Assembly: GCA_964016885.1 (NCBI GenBank)
Contig: OZ024746.1
Coordinates: 14,384,001-14,448,000, forward strand
Length of the DNA: 64,000 nt
Direction of reading: 5' to 3'
From: Eledone cirrhosa
Lineage: Eukaryota
A program made the translations under genes and the position numbers. A model generated the notes under the pieces. It saw only the letters and a program-made list of their open reading frames with translations. It was not told the origin of the DNA and ran no database searches. Positions 29,315-42,185 of the stretch are shown piece by piece; position 1 is the first letter of the stretch, and every line of letters begins with the position of its first letter.

Positions 29315-30671
29315 TGCGTGTGTATAAAAGGGAATCAATTATAAATTCACTACTTTTACAATATATTTTTATTTAATAGTGTCAAACTCCGATAATAATA
29401 ACAGATCTGGAAATGTACATAAATTGAGAGTAAAGCTGTCATTTTTAACATTGGGTAATAATTTATATTTTGCTTATATCAAAATTGTGAATTTCGCAGA
29501 TAAATGTAATATCGATATTTTATTATATGAGTATTCTAAAATGAGTAAATATTCAAGTAAATATTTGTTTAAATCAATATTAAAAAATCCTCAATGTTGC
29601 ACATACATAAGATGTATATCATAAATATGAAATTAAATTTATTATATATTTATCCAAATGCGTATGCATTTATACTAGGAAATTATATTTGTGAGAGAAC
29701 GTATTTGATAACATTCAAATCACGTTTCTTCGTTATATCTCAAAGTATTAATCTCTATCATATGAATATTTAAATCACGTTCTTACATGTATTTATAATT
29801 CCATAAACATGGGTCGACAGTTGTTACTCTAGTACAGTTACCGTCAATTTACTATGAAACGTCACGCTTATTTTCTAATTTCTTAACAATTTCTTATTTT
29901 CTGACACTAAACTTGCTAATATCATTTAAAAGAATGTATATACCGCTTATCAATTGCATTAATAAATTCCATTAAATTAATAACATTAAAGAATAATTAC
30001 TGATTAAATAAAGACGCGTGGACAATTATTGAATCTACCAGCTCATTTATGCCTGGGAAATTTCTCGAGCTTTGTAAGACTACATCACGAAAATATATAG
30101 TTAAATGCTGCTTTAAGCTTTCTCCGTAAGCTATAATCAGTAAATTATTTTGTTTGCATATTTTGCATTTGCTTCTATAGTATTGCTTTTCGTTTTGCTT
30201 CTTATAAAGTTAGATGCAGCGAATCCTGCATATCACTTAATTACAGAATTACTTAACACAGCGTTACACCAGAAATCAGATGAAAAACAATAACTACTGG
30301 AAACGTCTTATTTTTCTGTGGCAACTTAAAAGAAAATTTATGGATTTAACTTCAAAGATGTCGTATATGCCAAGATGATAATTAAGTAGTTGGTTTTTTT
30401 CTGAACAAATAATTCACATGTGAATATTCTTGAATTCCTTTTAAACTTCTTTGATTTATAACAAAAGTACACATATAAAGGCAACATTTAATATTTAAAT
30501 ACCATTAGGTGGATTGCAAATTCATCGTATATTCAAAAGCAAATGCACATATTCATACATACTACAAACACAGCCACACGCTCTCTCTCTCTCACACACA
30601 CATGCACACACACATACGTAAACACAATCATGCAAACACACACATACACAGAGACACACACACATATATAT

Positions 30672-30759
30672 AAATGGCTTCTACAGGACTTAATTTAAAT
30701 GTTTATACTCTGCTATGTTTTGAGTACCTTACTTACTGTGGTTACCCCCCATTGAACCC

Positions 30760-30763
<4 letters not shown>
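30672..30763 (+). mobile_element. Short element in (TA)n, same family as 6143-6297
   Basis: AAATGGCTTCTACAGGACT plus tail TGAGTACCTTACTTA.TGTGGT.ACCC..ATTGAA.CCGGGA; bulged stem-loop at 30706-30726. Confidence 0.7.
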
Positions 30764-30795
<32 letters not shown>

Positions 30796-30933
30796 AAGGT
30801 TAAACAAGGTTCAATGAATAAATCAAAGAATGAGTTTTACAATAGATTGGAAGCACTCAACGGTAATGGTTTTCCGAAGTTATTAATATTAATTCAAAAT
30901 ATTAACAAAATAGATATTCTTGTGATCAAGTAT

Positions 30934-30998
30934 ATTTTATTATACATATTTCAGAGGTACTGAGTTAACTTCAACAGTACGTCCTCATCAGATAAAAT
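30934..30998 (-). ncRNA. Type I hammerhead ribozyme
   Basis: Minus: attttat-CTGATGA-ggac-gtactg/cagtac-ctct-GAAA-tatgta-TA-ataaaat. Confidence 0.8.
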
Positions 30999-31113
30999 AA
31001 GATGATGCATGACATACCCTGACATAGTAGATGGTTAAGATTCAGTCATGGTAGACTACCATGACTGAATCTTAACCATCTACTATGTCAGGGTATGTCA
31101 TGCGCATCATCTT

Positions 31114-31178
31114 ATTTTATCTGATGAGGACGTACTGTTGAAGTTAACGCATCACCTCTGAAATATGTATAATAAAAT
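31114..31178 (+). ncRNA. Type I hammerhead ribozyme (stem II partly decayed)
   Basis: attttat-CTGATGA-...-GAAA-tatgta-TA-ataaaat; mirror of 30934-30998. Confidence 0.7.
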
Positions 31179-31219
31179 ATACTTGATCACAAGAATATCT
31201 ATTTCATTAATATTTTGAA

Positions 31220-31284
<65 letters not shown>

Positions 31285-31285
31285 A

Positions 31286-31380
<95 letters not shown>

Positions 31381-31384
<4 letters not shown>

Positions 31385-31524
31385 AACTATCTGGTTGTGG
31401 AACCAACCAACCAACCAGAAATTTATAAATTTATAAATTTGTGAATTTATAAATATATAATAAACTGAAGTGAAAGCAACTGGTGCGTGTGTTTCTTATT
31501 GGCAACATGACCCTCCCAAAGTAT

Positions 31525-31530
<6 letters not shown>
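31381..31530 (-). mobile_element. Short element in (TA)n; inverted homolog at 61255-61400
   Basis: Shared GAAGTGAAAGCAACTGGTGCGTGTGTTTCTTATTGGCAACATGACCCTCCCAAAGTATAACAATAT and (CCAA)n. Confidence 0.8.
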
Positions 31531-31603
<73 letters not shown>

Positions 31604-31642
31604 ATATTACCAAATGGAAACTATATTTATAAAACCATATTT

Positions 31643-31705
31643 ATTTCATTATACATATTTCAAGGACACGAAAGCAAATTATGGTACGCTTTCATCAGAT
31701 AAAAT
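31643..31705 (-). ncRNA. Type I hammerhead ribozyme
   Basis: Minus: attttat-CTGATGA-aagcg...tcctt-GAAA-tatgta-TA-atgaaat. Confidence 0.7.
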
Positions 31706-31831
31706 ATAATATAGATCAGTTTTATAAACAAATATTGACATACCCTTAAAGAATGCGACTATGTCGGTTGGAAGCTCCCGGATAGTCTATTGGGTATGTC
31801 AATATTTGTTTATAAAACTGATCTATATTAT

Positions 31832-31894
31832 ATTTTATCTGATGAAAGCGTACCATAATTTGCTTTCGTGTCCTTGAAATATATATAATGAAAT
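31832..31894 (+). ncRNA. Type I hammerhead ribozyme
   Basis: attttat-CTGATGA-aagcgtac...gtgtcctt-GAAA-tatata-TA-atgaaat; palindromic ATATATAT stem III. Confidence 0.75.
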
Positions 31895-32081
31895 AAATAT
31901 GATTTTATAAATATAGTTTCCATTTAGTAATATATTGTATTTTTACTCCAATAATTTGTTGAGTGCTTTATATCAGTTATAAAAATATTTGCTTGTTGTA
32001 TCCCAACAAATTAAATATAACTTCTACATATATATATATATTATATAATCTATATATATATAATCTATATATATTATATAA

Positions 32082-32290
32082 TCTATATATCTAAAACAGA
32101 GAATGTCTGTCTCTCTGTCTGTCTGTCTGCTTGTCTGTCTAACTCCCTAAAACTCGAGAACCACTCAACCGATTATTTTCAAACTTTACACATGTAATAC
32201 TTATGGTCGTGTAAGAGTTTTCAGCAAAAAACATTTCAAATTATCAATGCCCTAGGGACCGCATTAGGCGATTTAGCAATCTCTCTCTAT
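32082..32290 (+). mobile_element. Helitron-like non-autonomous element end
   Basis: TCTATATATCTAAAA start, (TGTC)n microsatellite, then AACTCGAGAACCACTCAACCGATT..TTCAAACTT, a layout typical of non-autonomous Helitron/Helentron-like repeats. Confidence 0.5.
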
Positions 32291-32465
32291 AATTCTTAGT
32301 CTTTCTTTTTAGATAGATACATAGATATAACGTCGCGCCCTTATAATGTATGTCTGTATATCTGGCTGTCTGGATTACGACATTATGACGTCGCTATTTG
32401 TGTGTGTGTGTATATGTATATAGCCCCATGGATTTTATCTATTACATTCACGTATTATATTTCGA

Positions 32466-32523
32466 ATACCTGATGATATCACCGGATTCATACCGAACCC
32501 GGTCATTGAAATGATCATAGTAT
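32466..32523 (+). ncRNA. Type I hammerhead ribozyme (minimal, palindromic stem III)
   Basis: atac-CTGATGA-tatc-accgg/ccggt-catt-GAAA-tgatca-TA-gtat; ATGATCAT palindrome. Confidence 0.8.
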
Positions 32524-32606
32524 AATAAACCTTTCAGGGATTTACACAAATCCAGCCTCCTGTCATTTCATTATATTATATATATATATACATATATGTG
32601 TATATA

Positions 32607-32700
<94 letters not shown>

Positions 32701-32728
32701 ATCAAAAGATGGTTAAAAGAGTTCCATG

Positions 32729-32799
32729 TATTTTATTATGCGCATTTCAAAAACAAATATCATCATGCAATAACATTTGTGTTTTCATCAGATAAAATA
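32729..32799 (-). ncRNA. Type I hammerhead ribozyme (palindromic stem III)
   Basis: Minus: tattttat-CTGATGA-aaac-acaaatgtta/tgatatttgt-tttt-GAAA-tgcgca-TA-ataaaata; ATGCGCAT palindrome. Confidence 0.85.
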
Positions 32800-32910
32800 G
32801 GAAGACATGATATGAAGGTTAAAAAACACTTGTGGATAGTGCAGTTTTAAATCAACAATTCTTATCCGATATCTGCATTGCTTTATTGTACTACAATAAA
32901 ACTCACTTCC

Positions 32911-32951
<41 letters not shown>

Positions 32952-33058
32952 GTAGAACACTGGAAGGTAATATCCGTAGTGGTAGAGCACTCAGTCCATG
33001 GGACATATGTTTTATGTGTCTCTTGGGTTGAAAAGGAGGTCAAGTATGTTATAAATAG

Positions 33059-33109
33059 TTTGCTCCGAAGAATCCAAACCTCGGTTTGGAGGAAACAATT
33101 GTAAGCAAA
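33059..33109 (+). ncRNA. Type I hammerhead ribozyme with U4-to-C core variant
   Basis: tttgct-CCGAAGA-a-tccaaac-ctcg-gtttgga-g-GAAA-caattg-TA-agcaaa; all stems perfect, ACAATTGT palindrome. Confidence 0.8.
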
Positions 33110-33152
33110 TAAATGACTTAAACTGAACTTTGATTACTGTAATCTCTCTCTC

Positions 33153-33215
<63 letters not shown>

Positions 33216-33229
33216 GAATACATTAATAA

Positions 33230-33354
33230 TAGTTGAGGAAATCTCATAAACTGACTCTGTGGGTCAGAAAAGAAACCCCTGCGAGGAATTGAACCCCGCA
33301 TCGCTCGAGTGCATAGAGTTCGATGATTAATATAATAACCATTTACGGTGGCAC
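33230..33354 (-). mobile_element. tRNA-like/SINE head between microsatellites
   Basis: Minus: GCCACCGTAAATGGTTATTATA...GCGGGGTTCAATTCCTCGCAGGGGT (T-arm/B-box); no complete cloverleaf. Confidence 0.5.
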
Positions 33355-33370
33355 ACAAACAGAGAGACAG

Positions 33371-33534
<164 letters not shown>

Positions 33535-35512
33535 AGTAGTAAGTAAATAGGCTGGGAGAAATAACGGTTAACGTTGTTTTGAATATTGTTTTTTTTTAAA
33601 TTGGTGATATTCATTTAATAAACAAGAGATCATTAAGTGAATTATGCTGAAGTAAAGTATGGTATTAACAGTATTATTGCAAATACAAGATATCTATTGA
33701 AAGATAAAATATGTTCAGACAGAGCATTTAAATGGTTTATCTAGAATGAGAATAATTTGTATTATTACAGCTGTTTCTTAGCATATTGCACTAGCTGATT
33801 AAATGGAATGCTTTGAAAGATGTAGGTGAATATCAGAAATAGATAATATTGAATAAATAAATAAATATGTATATAAATAAATACGAACGTAAACAAATAG
33901 ATAAGAATAACGTAAGTTTTGTTGTATTACCTGACAGGATGGATTCTATAAACGCCATAGGCATCATTGGAATTAGATTAAGAATAGAAGAATATTTAGG
34001 TGACGGCTATTGAGTTATATAAACTTAATAAACAAGCATTGCTAAGGATTTGTGGTGTAGCAAATTACTTTAATGTGAAGGGAAGGAGAGTTGATTAAAC
34101 ACAATTTATATTAAGTAGTTATGGGTTGTAAATGTTGTCAATAAAATGGGATGGGATGATAAATTATGCTAAAATGATAAAGAAAAAAGAACTGAAATTA
34201 TAATGAAATAAATTCCGCTAAATAGAACTGGCTAAATGTGCAATAGAAAATATTGAAGTATTAAATCAACGAAACACATATATGTATATGATATGACAAA
34301 CTTAACAAGCCTCATTATAGAAATAAACAAGTGTAAGTACATTACTTGAACCTAAAGAAGATCATGAGCACTGCCCTTCCCCGCCAGATTAATGAATAGA
34401 AGAAAAATGGTTTCCTCTCTTAATATCGTTTCATCCCCAATATCACTTTTCCCACACAGATACATTCCACCCCACACAGATACATTCTCTCACGTTTTTT
34501 GTCATTCTCAACAGTGTACACACTCTCATAAATAAAAACAAAACGAAGAAAAACGGTTTGGACACTTTTCTCCATCAACATACGGACTGTGTGTGTGTAT
34601 AGGTGTTGATATGTGATTATGTAGCTATTTAAGCACTTGCTTCTGTCTTTGAATCTGTGTATGTATGCAGGTATGCGTATGTGTTTATCCATATGCATGT
34701 TGTTTTTTTTACACCTACTTCAGTAAAAAATACCGTTAAAGAAGATGGAAGTCTTCATATTTTTACACTACCATTCATTGATGGTTTACTAAGTCGGATA
34801 ATATGTCAGGAATTAATCGGTTTTGTACGTCAAGCAAAAGCAAAACCTAAATTTTCAGTCGAGCCAAATGGTGATTTCTGTTTTTTTGAGATAGTAGTTG
34901 TTTAGAAGCTATTTAGACAGCATCAGATGTGTAGCTAAATTAAGCTAATTTAGTTGTTGTTTTTGTTGGTGTTATTTTTCATTGTTAATGAATTGAACAA
35001 AAGCAAAGAAGTATATTTATTTTGTTATGTAACGATATCTTGTTCAACTCAGGTATTCTATTATTATTGGAAATAGGCTAATTTCGCTCTTTATTATACA
35101 GAAATGATATAAGAATTCGGAGATATTTATAATGTTTGTATCGGTTAATCAATAAACATAAATAGGGCTATTTGAAGAGGAAATCATGAATAGAGTATCG
35201 GGTTTCCTTTCCTTCCTTTGCAAAGTATTAAAGCTTATAATTATTAAATCCAATACCAGTGTGTATTCGGAATTGTTTAACCAATATTTGTTATTGCTTC
35301 AAGCTCCTTCCCTATATTTCACACACATACACGGACATTCACCCCCCACCCCCACGCACACAGATATATATATATATATATATATATGAGGCAGTGATTT
35401 TCTCAATGGCTTGGAATCCAGTCCACGCATCGCTATTTCCATTCCACTGAATTATTTTTTTAATAAGTTTCCAGTGTCCTCGCTATGCCTGGAGACCTAT
35501 ACGGAAAAAGAT

Positions 35513-35591
35513 TTTCCTGATGACGGAATGATTTTCTATAAGTTTCTTCGGAAAATATATTTACTCCATTCCAGAAACTAATTAGTTGGAA
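35513..35591 (+). ncRNA. Type I hammerhead ribozyme with long stem II insertion
   Basis: tttc-CTGATGA-c-ggaatg...cattcc-a-GAAA-ctaattag-TT-ggaa; AACTAATTAGTT 12-bp palindrome. Confidence 0.75.
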
Positions 35592-35771
35592 GTGATTTTT
35601 TAGTAAGTAAGTTAATTTTATAATTTTCTTATTTTACGTCTCTCATATTATTGTTCTGCAGCCCCATGCATTGAACCACATTGTTAATAAGACAAAACCT
35701 ATATATTTGCTAGCATTGATATGCATCTGTGTGTATATAAATGTTACTAGATATAAATTCCTTATATATAT

Positions 35772-35996
35772 ATTAGAAAGTGAGGGTTTTTTTACAAAAT
35801 GAAAAATAACTGAGGTGTCCTACACGAGTATAAGGAAAAAAGATGAAATCGAAAATGCAACTGGAGTCTTTTTTTTTTTAATATATATTCATTTGGTTCC
35901 TTTACCGGTTTCGCAGTTCTTCTGCTTTTCAAAAGTAGGATTGAGATGGAGGGTTTGTGGTTTGTCTCACATCTGAGAAAAACCACAAACCCTCCA

Positions 35997-36001
<5 letters not shown>
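35772..36001 (-). mobile_element. Short element between (TA)n tracts ending in a 60-bp hairpin
   Basis: Hairpin TGAGATGGAGGGTTTGTGGTTTGTCTCA/TGAGAAAAACCACAAACCCTCCATCTCA (35942-36001); variant bulged stem-loop at 35809-35830. Confidence 0.6.
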
Positions 36002-36054
<53 letters not shown>

Positions 36055-36212
36055 GAATACATAGATACGTACGTACATATAAACATGAATGCATACATAC
36101 GTATTTACATACATACATACATGCATACATACATACATACATACATACATACATACATACATACATACATACATACATACATACATACATACATACATAC
36201 ATACATACATAC

Positions 36213-37183
36213 ATTGAGCAAGTCTGCTGCATGAGAGAGATAAGAGTTGTGAAGGAACTCCTTGAAAGATATTCCCTGCATGATAATCAAAAGCTCACAC
36301 CCAGGGAAACTGCCCAGCATTACCGCAGTGAATCCATGAATGAAAAACTGCTTATCACCAAAAGATCATGCATGGATATATTGCCAGTAAGCTCCTGAGT
36401 GAGAGTAATATAGATAAACAAAGTAGTCTATCTTGGACCAATAACTGCTATATTGGCTTATACTTTGGGAGGATACACTTTTGCAATCCAAGAACAAGAA
36501 ATCAACACAAAATATCTGATTCACAAAACAGATAGGGGTGCAGGCAAAACACCTAGATGTGACAACGAGTGCAGACTCTGCAGAATTAACATCGAAGATG
36601 TCACTCATGTCATAAGCAACTATCCAAAGATGTCATCAAGGTACTATCTACTTATGAGGCATGATGTAGTAGCCAAAACACTGTAGAAAAGATAGCCCGA
36701 CAATAAACACATTAAAAGCTATAGCAATGGGGAGGACATACACATACATAATATGAAAGAGTACTGGTGGAATGTTCCAGTAAAAATCCCAATAAAATGC
36801 AGGCATAACAGACCAGATATTATGATATGGGACAGGGAAAAGAAGGCATGCACAGTAGTGGAAGTTAGCTACCCAGCAGATGCCAATATATCAAAGATTA
36901 ATGGAACAGTAAAAATATGTAAAACATTCCAAAAATTCTGCATCTAATAACTGCATTACACATGTACAGATACACAGCCTATACACATCCACACATATAA
37001 CTTAAAACATACACATCCACACATACAATAACATCCATACCTGCACACACATGCATGCAGACATGCATACATATCTACCTAGTTGATGTTGTGTAGATTC
37101 CAATAAAAGAGTCTTGTATCTATGTTAGAAACCGACTCTCTCTCTATTGGAAAAAAATTTGTGAAATTATAAAACCAGAAGAA
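36213..37183 (+). mobile_element. R4/Dong-like non-LTR retrotransposon, family B, 5'-truncated and decayed
   Basis: GYTFAIQEQEINTKYL..CRLC..EDVTHVIS..MRHD and YWWN..HNRPDIMIWD..VVEVSYP; stops and an internal deletion; both ends in (TACA)n. Confidence 0.9.
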
Positions 37184-37322
37184 CATACATACATACATAC
37201 ATACATACATACATACATACATACATACATACATACATACATACATACATACAAACATACATACATACATACATACATACATACATACATACATACATAC
37301 ATACATACATACATACATACAT

Positions 37323-38649
37323 ACAATACTTATGCTGTGCCAATTCTAACGACAATACTTATGCTGTGCCAATTCTAACGACAATACTTATGCTGTGCCA
37401 ATTCTAACGCCAACATTTGGCCTACTGAACTGGTCATTGCAAGAACTAAGTGAGATGGATGTTAGAACTCGAAAACTTCTCAGTCTTACTGGGAACTTTA
37501 ACATCAATGGTGATGTGGATAGGCTATACTTCTCACGCAAGGAAGGTGACCGGGGTCTAAAATCAATATTAACAACATATGAGACCCGGATAGTGACACT
37601 GAAGCAACACCTTCAACAGATGAAAAAGGTTGGCAACCATCTTGCCCAGGTTTATGACCATGAAAAAAGAAATATCATTAGAATAGCGACTGATCTGGAG
37701 GAGAGATATGGAATAAAGCCTGATATAAATCTCTCACCCAGAGAAATCGGAAGATCCTATTCAATGTTCAAACAAGATAAAAAAATTGACCAATTTACAG
37801 AAAAAGTTGTGCATGGATACTTGAGGCGTAAAACACAGACCATAGAGGGGATAAACCACTCAAAAAGCCTGGCATGGAGTTCCGACAAGTTTATGACATC
37901 ACACCTTGAGGGATATCTCTATGCAATACAGGAACAAGAACTCCCTACCAAATATCTGCTGCACAAAAGAGGAGGGCCAGCAGCTGACAATAAATGTAGA
38001 CTATGTAAAACAAAGATCGAGGATGTAAGCCACATTGTTGCCAGCTGCGAAAGAATGTCATCTCGCTACTACCTCCCCATGAGACACAATGGGATAGCTA
38101 GAACCATCTGGAACGCACTTCGGAAAACAAAATTAACAACAAACGAGGAAGAATATATTGAGACAGATGGCACTAAGGAATACTGGTGGAACCTGAAAAT
38201 AAAAACTGCCACCAAATTAAAGCACAACCGGTCTGATATTGTAGTTTGGGACCACACATTGAAAACGTGTTCTGTTGAGGAGATCAGCTGCCCACTTGAT
38301 GTAAACGTTGTCAGAAAAATACAGGAGAAGGAGGACATCTACGGACCATTGATGAGGAGTTTACAAATCCAGTATCCAAGATACACCTTTAGCTTCATAC
38401 CCATCATTATTGGTGCTACGGGTTATATACCAACCCGCTTGGACCAAAGTATGACTAAACTTGGATTTGTGGACAAAAAGCGCAGCTCCCTAATTCATAG
38501 TCTACAAATCGCTGCGATAGCTGGCACCTTCAAAATTTGCAAAACATTCTTGCGATTCAAGGGATGACAATTTCTTTTCTTTTACAACCTTGCCACCAGG
38601 AAGGTGGCCGGTCAAAAAAATATACTCAAAATTAAGAGAAAGAGAAAAC
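37323..38649 (+). mobile_element. R4/Dong-like element, family A, 5'-truncated copy (ORF remnant 37395-38567)
   Basis: Near-identical to 40581-41849; CCHC knuckle and RLE (here RSD instead of RPD); flanked by (TACA)n. Confidence 0.93.
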
Positions 38650-38686
38650 ATACATACATACATACATACATACATACATACATACA

Positions 38687-39094
38687 TAACATTATTTATG
38701 CCTGTGATTATTGGGGCACTGGGATATGTTAGTAACTGCCTCAGTACAAATCTTGAGAAGCTAGGCTTCACAGGAACAGATAGAACACAACTAGTTAGGA
38801 AACTACAAGTACAATCCATTAATGGAACAGTAAAAATATGTAAAACATTCCAAAAATTGTGCATCTAATAACTGCATATACACATGTACAGATACAAAGC
38901 ATATACACATGCACAGATACAACTCAAAACATCCACATCCACACATACAATAACATCGATATCTACACATGCATGCATACATATCTACCTAGTTGATGTT
39001 GTGTAAATTCCAATGAGAGAGTCTTGTGTCTATGTTAGAAACCGACTCTCTCTCTCTATTGGTAAAACTTTGTGAAATTATAAAACCAGAAGAA
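38687..39094 (+). mobile_element. R4/Dong-like family B, short 3' fragment
   Basis: FMPVIIGALGYV...INGTVKICKTFQKLCI* plus a 3'UTR matching 36900-37183; in (TACA)n. Confidence 0.9.
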
Positions 39095-39180
39095 CATACA
39101 TACATACATACATACATACATACATACATACATACATACATACATACATACATACATACATACATACATACATACATACA

Positions 39181-41767
39181 AACTTTGAACTCCAAATTAC
39201 ACCAGTTGAAACAACAACTCACAGCTACAACAGAAAGACTAAAATATAAGTCAACAGCCCATAAACGACAAGTGCTAAATAGATTGTTTGCCAGAGATCC
39301 TAAATCAGTTTATCGCAGCTTCGGTGGCAAAAGCTCAATCCCTGTAAACGACACCCCTTCAAAAGAACAGGTTGAGAACTACTGGAGATCTGTATGGGAA
39401 ACGGATGACGGATTCAACAGACAAGCTAATTGGCTAAAACAACTGGAACAGGACTACTGCCAACATGTCCAGACAAAACAATATGACATAGATGGGTCAA
39501 TACTGGAAACAGCTCTACAGAAAATGTCGAATAGGAAATCGCCAGGCCCAGACCTCATTACAGGATACTGGTTGAAGAATTTCACTTTCTATCGGCAAGA
39601 TCTCATACGGCTGTTTACAGAAACCATTAAGGGCACACAAGAACTGCCCAGATGGTTATCAACTGCCACTACTCTCCTCATTCCCAAAAATAGCCAAACC
39701 ACCCTTGCTAAAAATTACCGCCCAATTGCCTGCCAAAACATCATGTATAAATTATATACTGGGTGCCTTAACCTGTTCTTACAGGATCACTGTGCTACCA
39801 ACAACATCATAACACCTGAGCAAGCTGGTGGAAAGAGGGAGGTGTGGGGTTGCATAGATCACCTACTAACTAACAAAATGATTCAGGAAAAAACAACAAA
39901 GAATCGCAGAAACATGACTGTCGTGTGGCTGGACTATCAAAAAGCATTTGATAGTGTACCTCATGGGTGGATTATTAAGGCTTTACAGTTAGCTAAAGTC
40001 CCACAACCATTAGTAGCTGCTGTTGAACGCCTGACCAAGAACTGGTACACCAATTTGATCCTTAGAGGTGAGAAGGAGCAGGTTAAGACTGATAGGATAC
40101 ATTACCAGAAGGGCATCTTTCAGGGTGATAGCTTGTCAGTACTACTCTTCGTTCTCTCACTGAATCCACTATCTTACCTACTCAGGAAACAAGGTGGACA
40201 AAGAAGTGGGCCCAGAAGTATCTCCCATCTTTTCTTTGTTGATGACCTGAAGTTGTATGGGCCAAATATCAATGACATCAAGAAACAATTGGACCTCATT
40301 ACACAATTTTCAACCGACATCAAAATGAAATTTGGTGAGTCCAAGTGTGCATATTTGGCAGTAAAACGTGGAAGAGCTGTGCCCTCCTCTAGAAATCTAG
40401 AGATGAACGGCCTGACAATACAACCTCTGCAGTCAGGTGACAACTACAGATATCTTGGACAGGATGAGAATGTCAGATATGATGGACCCATAAATAAGGA
40501 GAGAACCAGAACTGAATACCTCAGAAGAGTTAAAAAAATATGGTCATCAGAACTGTCAGCATACAACAAATACATTGCCCACAATACCTATGCTGTGCCA
40601 ATTCTAACGCCAACATTTGGCCTACTGAACTGGTCATTGCAAGAACTAAGTGAGATGGATGTTAGAACTCGAAAACTTCTCAGTGTTACTGGGAACTTTA
40701 ACATCAATGGTGATGTGGATAGGCTATACTTCTCACGCAAGGAAGGTGGCCGGGGTCTAAAATCAATATTAACAACATATGAGACCCGGATAGTAACACT
40801 GAAGCAACACCTTCAACAGAGGAAAAAGGTTGGCGACCATCTTGCTCAGGTTTATGAGCATGAAAAAAGAAATATCATTAGAATAGCGACTGATCTGGAG
40901 GAGAGATATGGAATAAAGCCTGATATAAATCTCTCACCCAGAGAAATCGGAAGATCCTATTCAATGTTCAAACAAGAAAAAGAAATTGACCAATTTACAG
41001 AGAAAGTTGTGCATGGATACTTGAGGCGTAAAACACAGACCATAGAGGGGATAAACCACTCAAAAAGCCTGGCATGGAGTTCCGACAAGTTTATGACATC
41101 ACACCTTGAGGGATATCTCTATGCAATACAGGAACAAGAACTCCCTACCAAATATCTGCTGCACAAAAGAGGAGGGCCAGCAGCTGACAATAAATGTAGG
41201 CTATGTAAAACAAAGATCGAGGATGTAAGCCACATTGTTGCCAGCTGCGAAAGAATGTCATCTCGCTACTACCTCCCCATGAGACACAATGGGATAGATA
41301 GAACTATCTGGAACGCACTTCGGAAAACAAAATTAACAACAAACGAGGAAGAATATATTGAGACAGATGGCACTAAGGAATACTGGTGGAACCTGAAAAT
41401 AAAAACTGCCACCAAATTAAAGCACAACCGGCCTGATATTGTAGTTTGGGACCACACATTGAAAACGTGTTCTGTTGTGGAGATCAGCTGCCCACTTGAT
41501 GTAAACGTTGTCAGAAAAATACAGGAGAAGGAGGACATCTACGGACCATTGATGAGGAGCTTACAAATCCAGTATCCAAGATACACCTTTAGCTTCATAC
41601 CCATCATTATTGGTGCTACGGGTTATATACCAACCCGCTTGGACCAAAGTATGACCGAACTTGGATTTGCGGACAAAAAGCGCAGCTCCCTAATTCATAG
41701 TCTACAAATGGCTGCGATAGCTGGCACCTTCAAAATATGCAAAACATTCTTGCGATTCAAGGGATGA
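39181..41767 (+). CDS. Reverse transcriptase + CCHC zinc knuckle + PD-(D/E)xK restriction-like endonuclease (N-terminally truncated, no native start)
   Basis: Motifs KSPGPD, KNYRPIAC, WLDYQKAFDSVPH, KGIFQGDSLS, HLFFVDDLKL, YRYLG, RKEGGRGL, CRLC..HIVASC, RHN, RPDIVVWD..VVEISCP; no internal stops. Confidence 0.93.
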
Positions 41768-41849
41768 CAATTTCTTTTCTTTTACAACCTTGCCACCAGG
41801 AAGGTGGCCGGTCAAAAAAATATACTCGAAATTAAGAGAAAGAGAAAAC
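39181..41849 (+). mobile_element. R4/Dong-like non-LTR retrotransposon, family A, 5'-truncated, in (TACA)n
   Basis: Long open RT-RLE frame, ~80-bp 3'UTR ending AGAGAAAA directly into (CATA)n. Confidence 0.95.
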
Positions 41850-41901
41850 ATACATACATACATACATACATACATACATACATACATACATACATACATA
41901 C

Positions 41902-42185
41902 ATGATTGCTGCCCCCTCGTTATCGCACGATATACCATTATCAATAATTATTAATTAATTCTATCATGCAATGCCTGTGCGTGAAGATTTTTTTAAAGTG
42001 AGGAAAGAATGTGCACTGAGCCAACCCCACTCTCTGAGTGACAGTAGTTATAACCCGAAAAGAAGAAAAGATCAACATCATCGGTAACTACTGAGCCGCA
42101 GGTTTTATATCGGAGTTATTCCAGTCTCCTGAGTTGCCTTCTAGAAGAATGCTCTGACAAACGCTAGGGGTCCTTCACTCCCGAC
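41902..42185 (-). mobile_element. Diverged subfamily of the 19089-type RTE-derived element, truncated, in (TACA)n
   Basis: Shares GCAATGCCTGTGC.TGAAG, CCCACTCTCT, TCAACATCAT.GG, GCAGGT.TTATATC.GAGTT and TGACAAA.GCTA.GGGTC. Confidence 0.75.

Larger units (their letters stand above)
30792..31228 (-). mobile_element. Near-perfect ~170-bp-arm palindrome with paired hammerheads and unique 3' tail (PLE pLTR derivative)
   Basis: Centre CATGGTAG-A-CTACCATG at 31055; arms 30885-31054 / 31056-31227; flanked by (TA)n. Confidence 0.85.
31598..32027 (+). mobile_element. Non-autonomous inverted-pLTR Penelope derivative, same family as 54434-55885
   Basis: Arms 31598-31745 / 31792-31940 plus 3' tail; strong similarity to the pLTRs flanking the RT/GIY-YIG relic. 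Confidence 0.85.

Noticed and set aside
33280-33354. tRNA gene
   Set aside because: T-arm-like part only; acceptor and anticodon arms do not fold, so treated as a SINE-like head
39026-39180. N-terminal extension of the 913-aa ORF
   Set aside because: It comes from the family B 3'UTR plus the (TACA)n tract in frame by chance; the element begins at 39181
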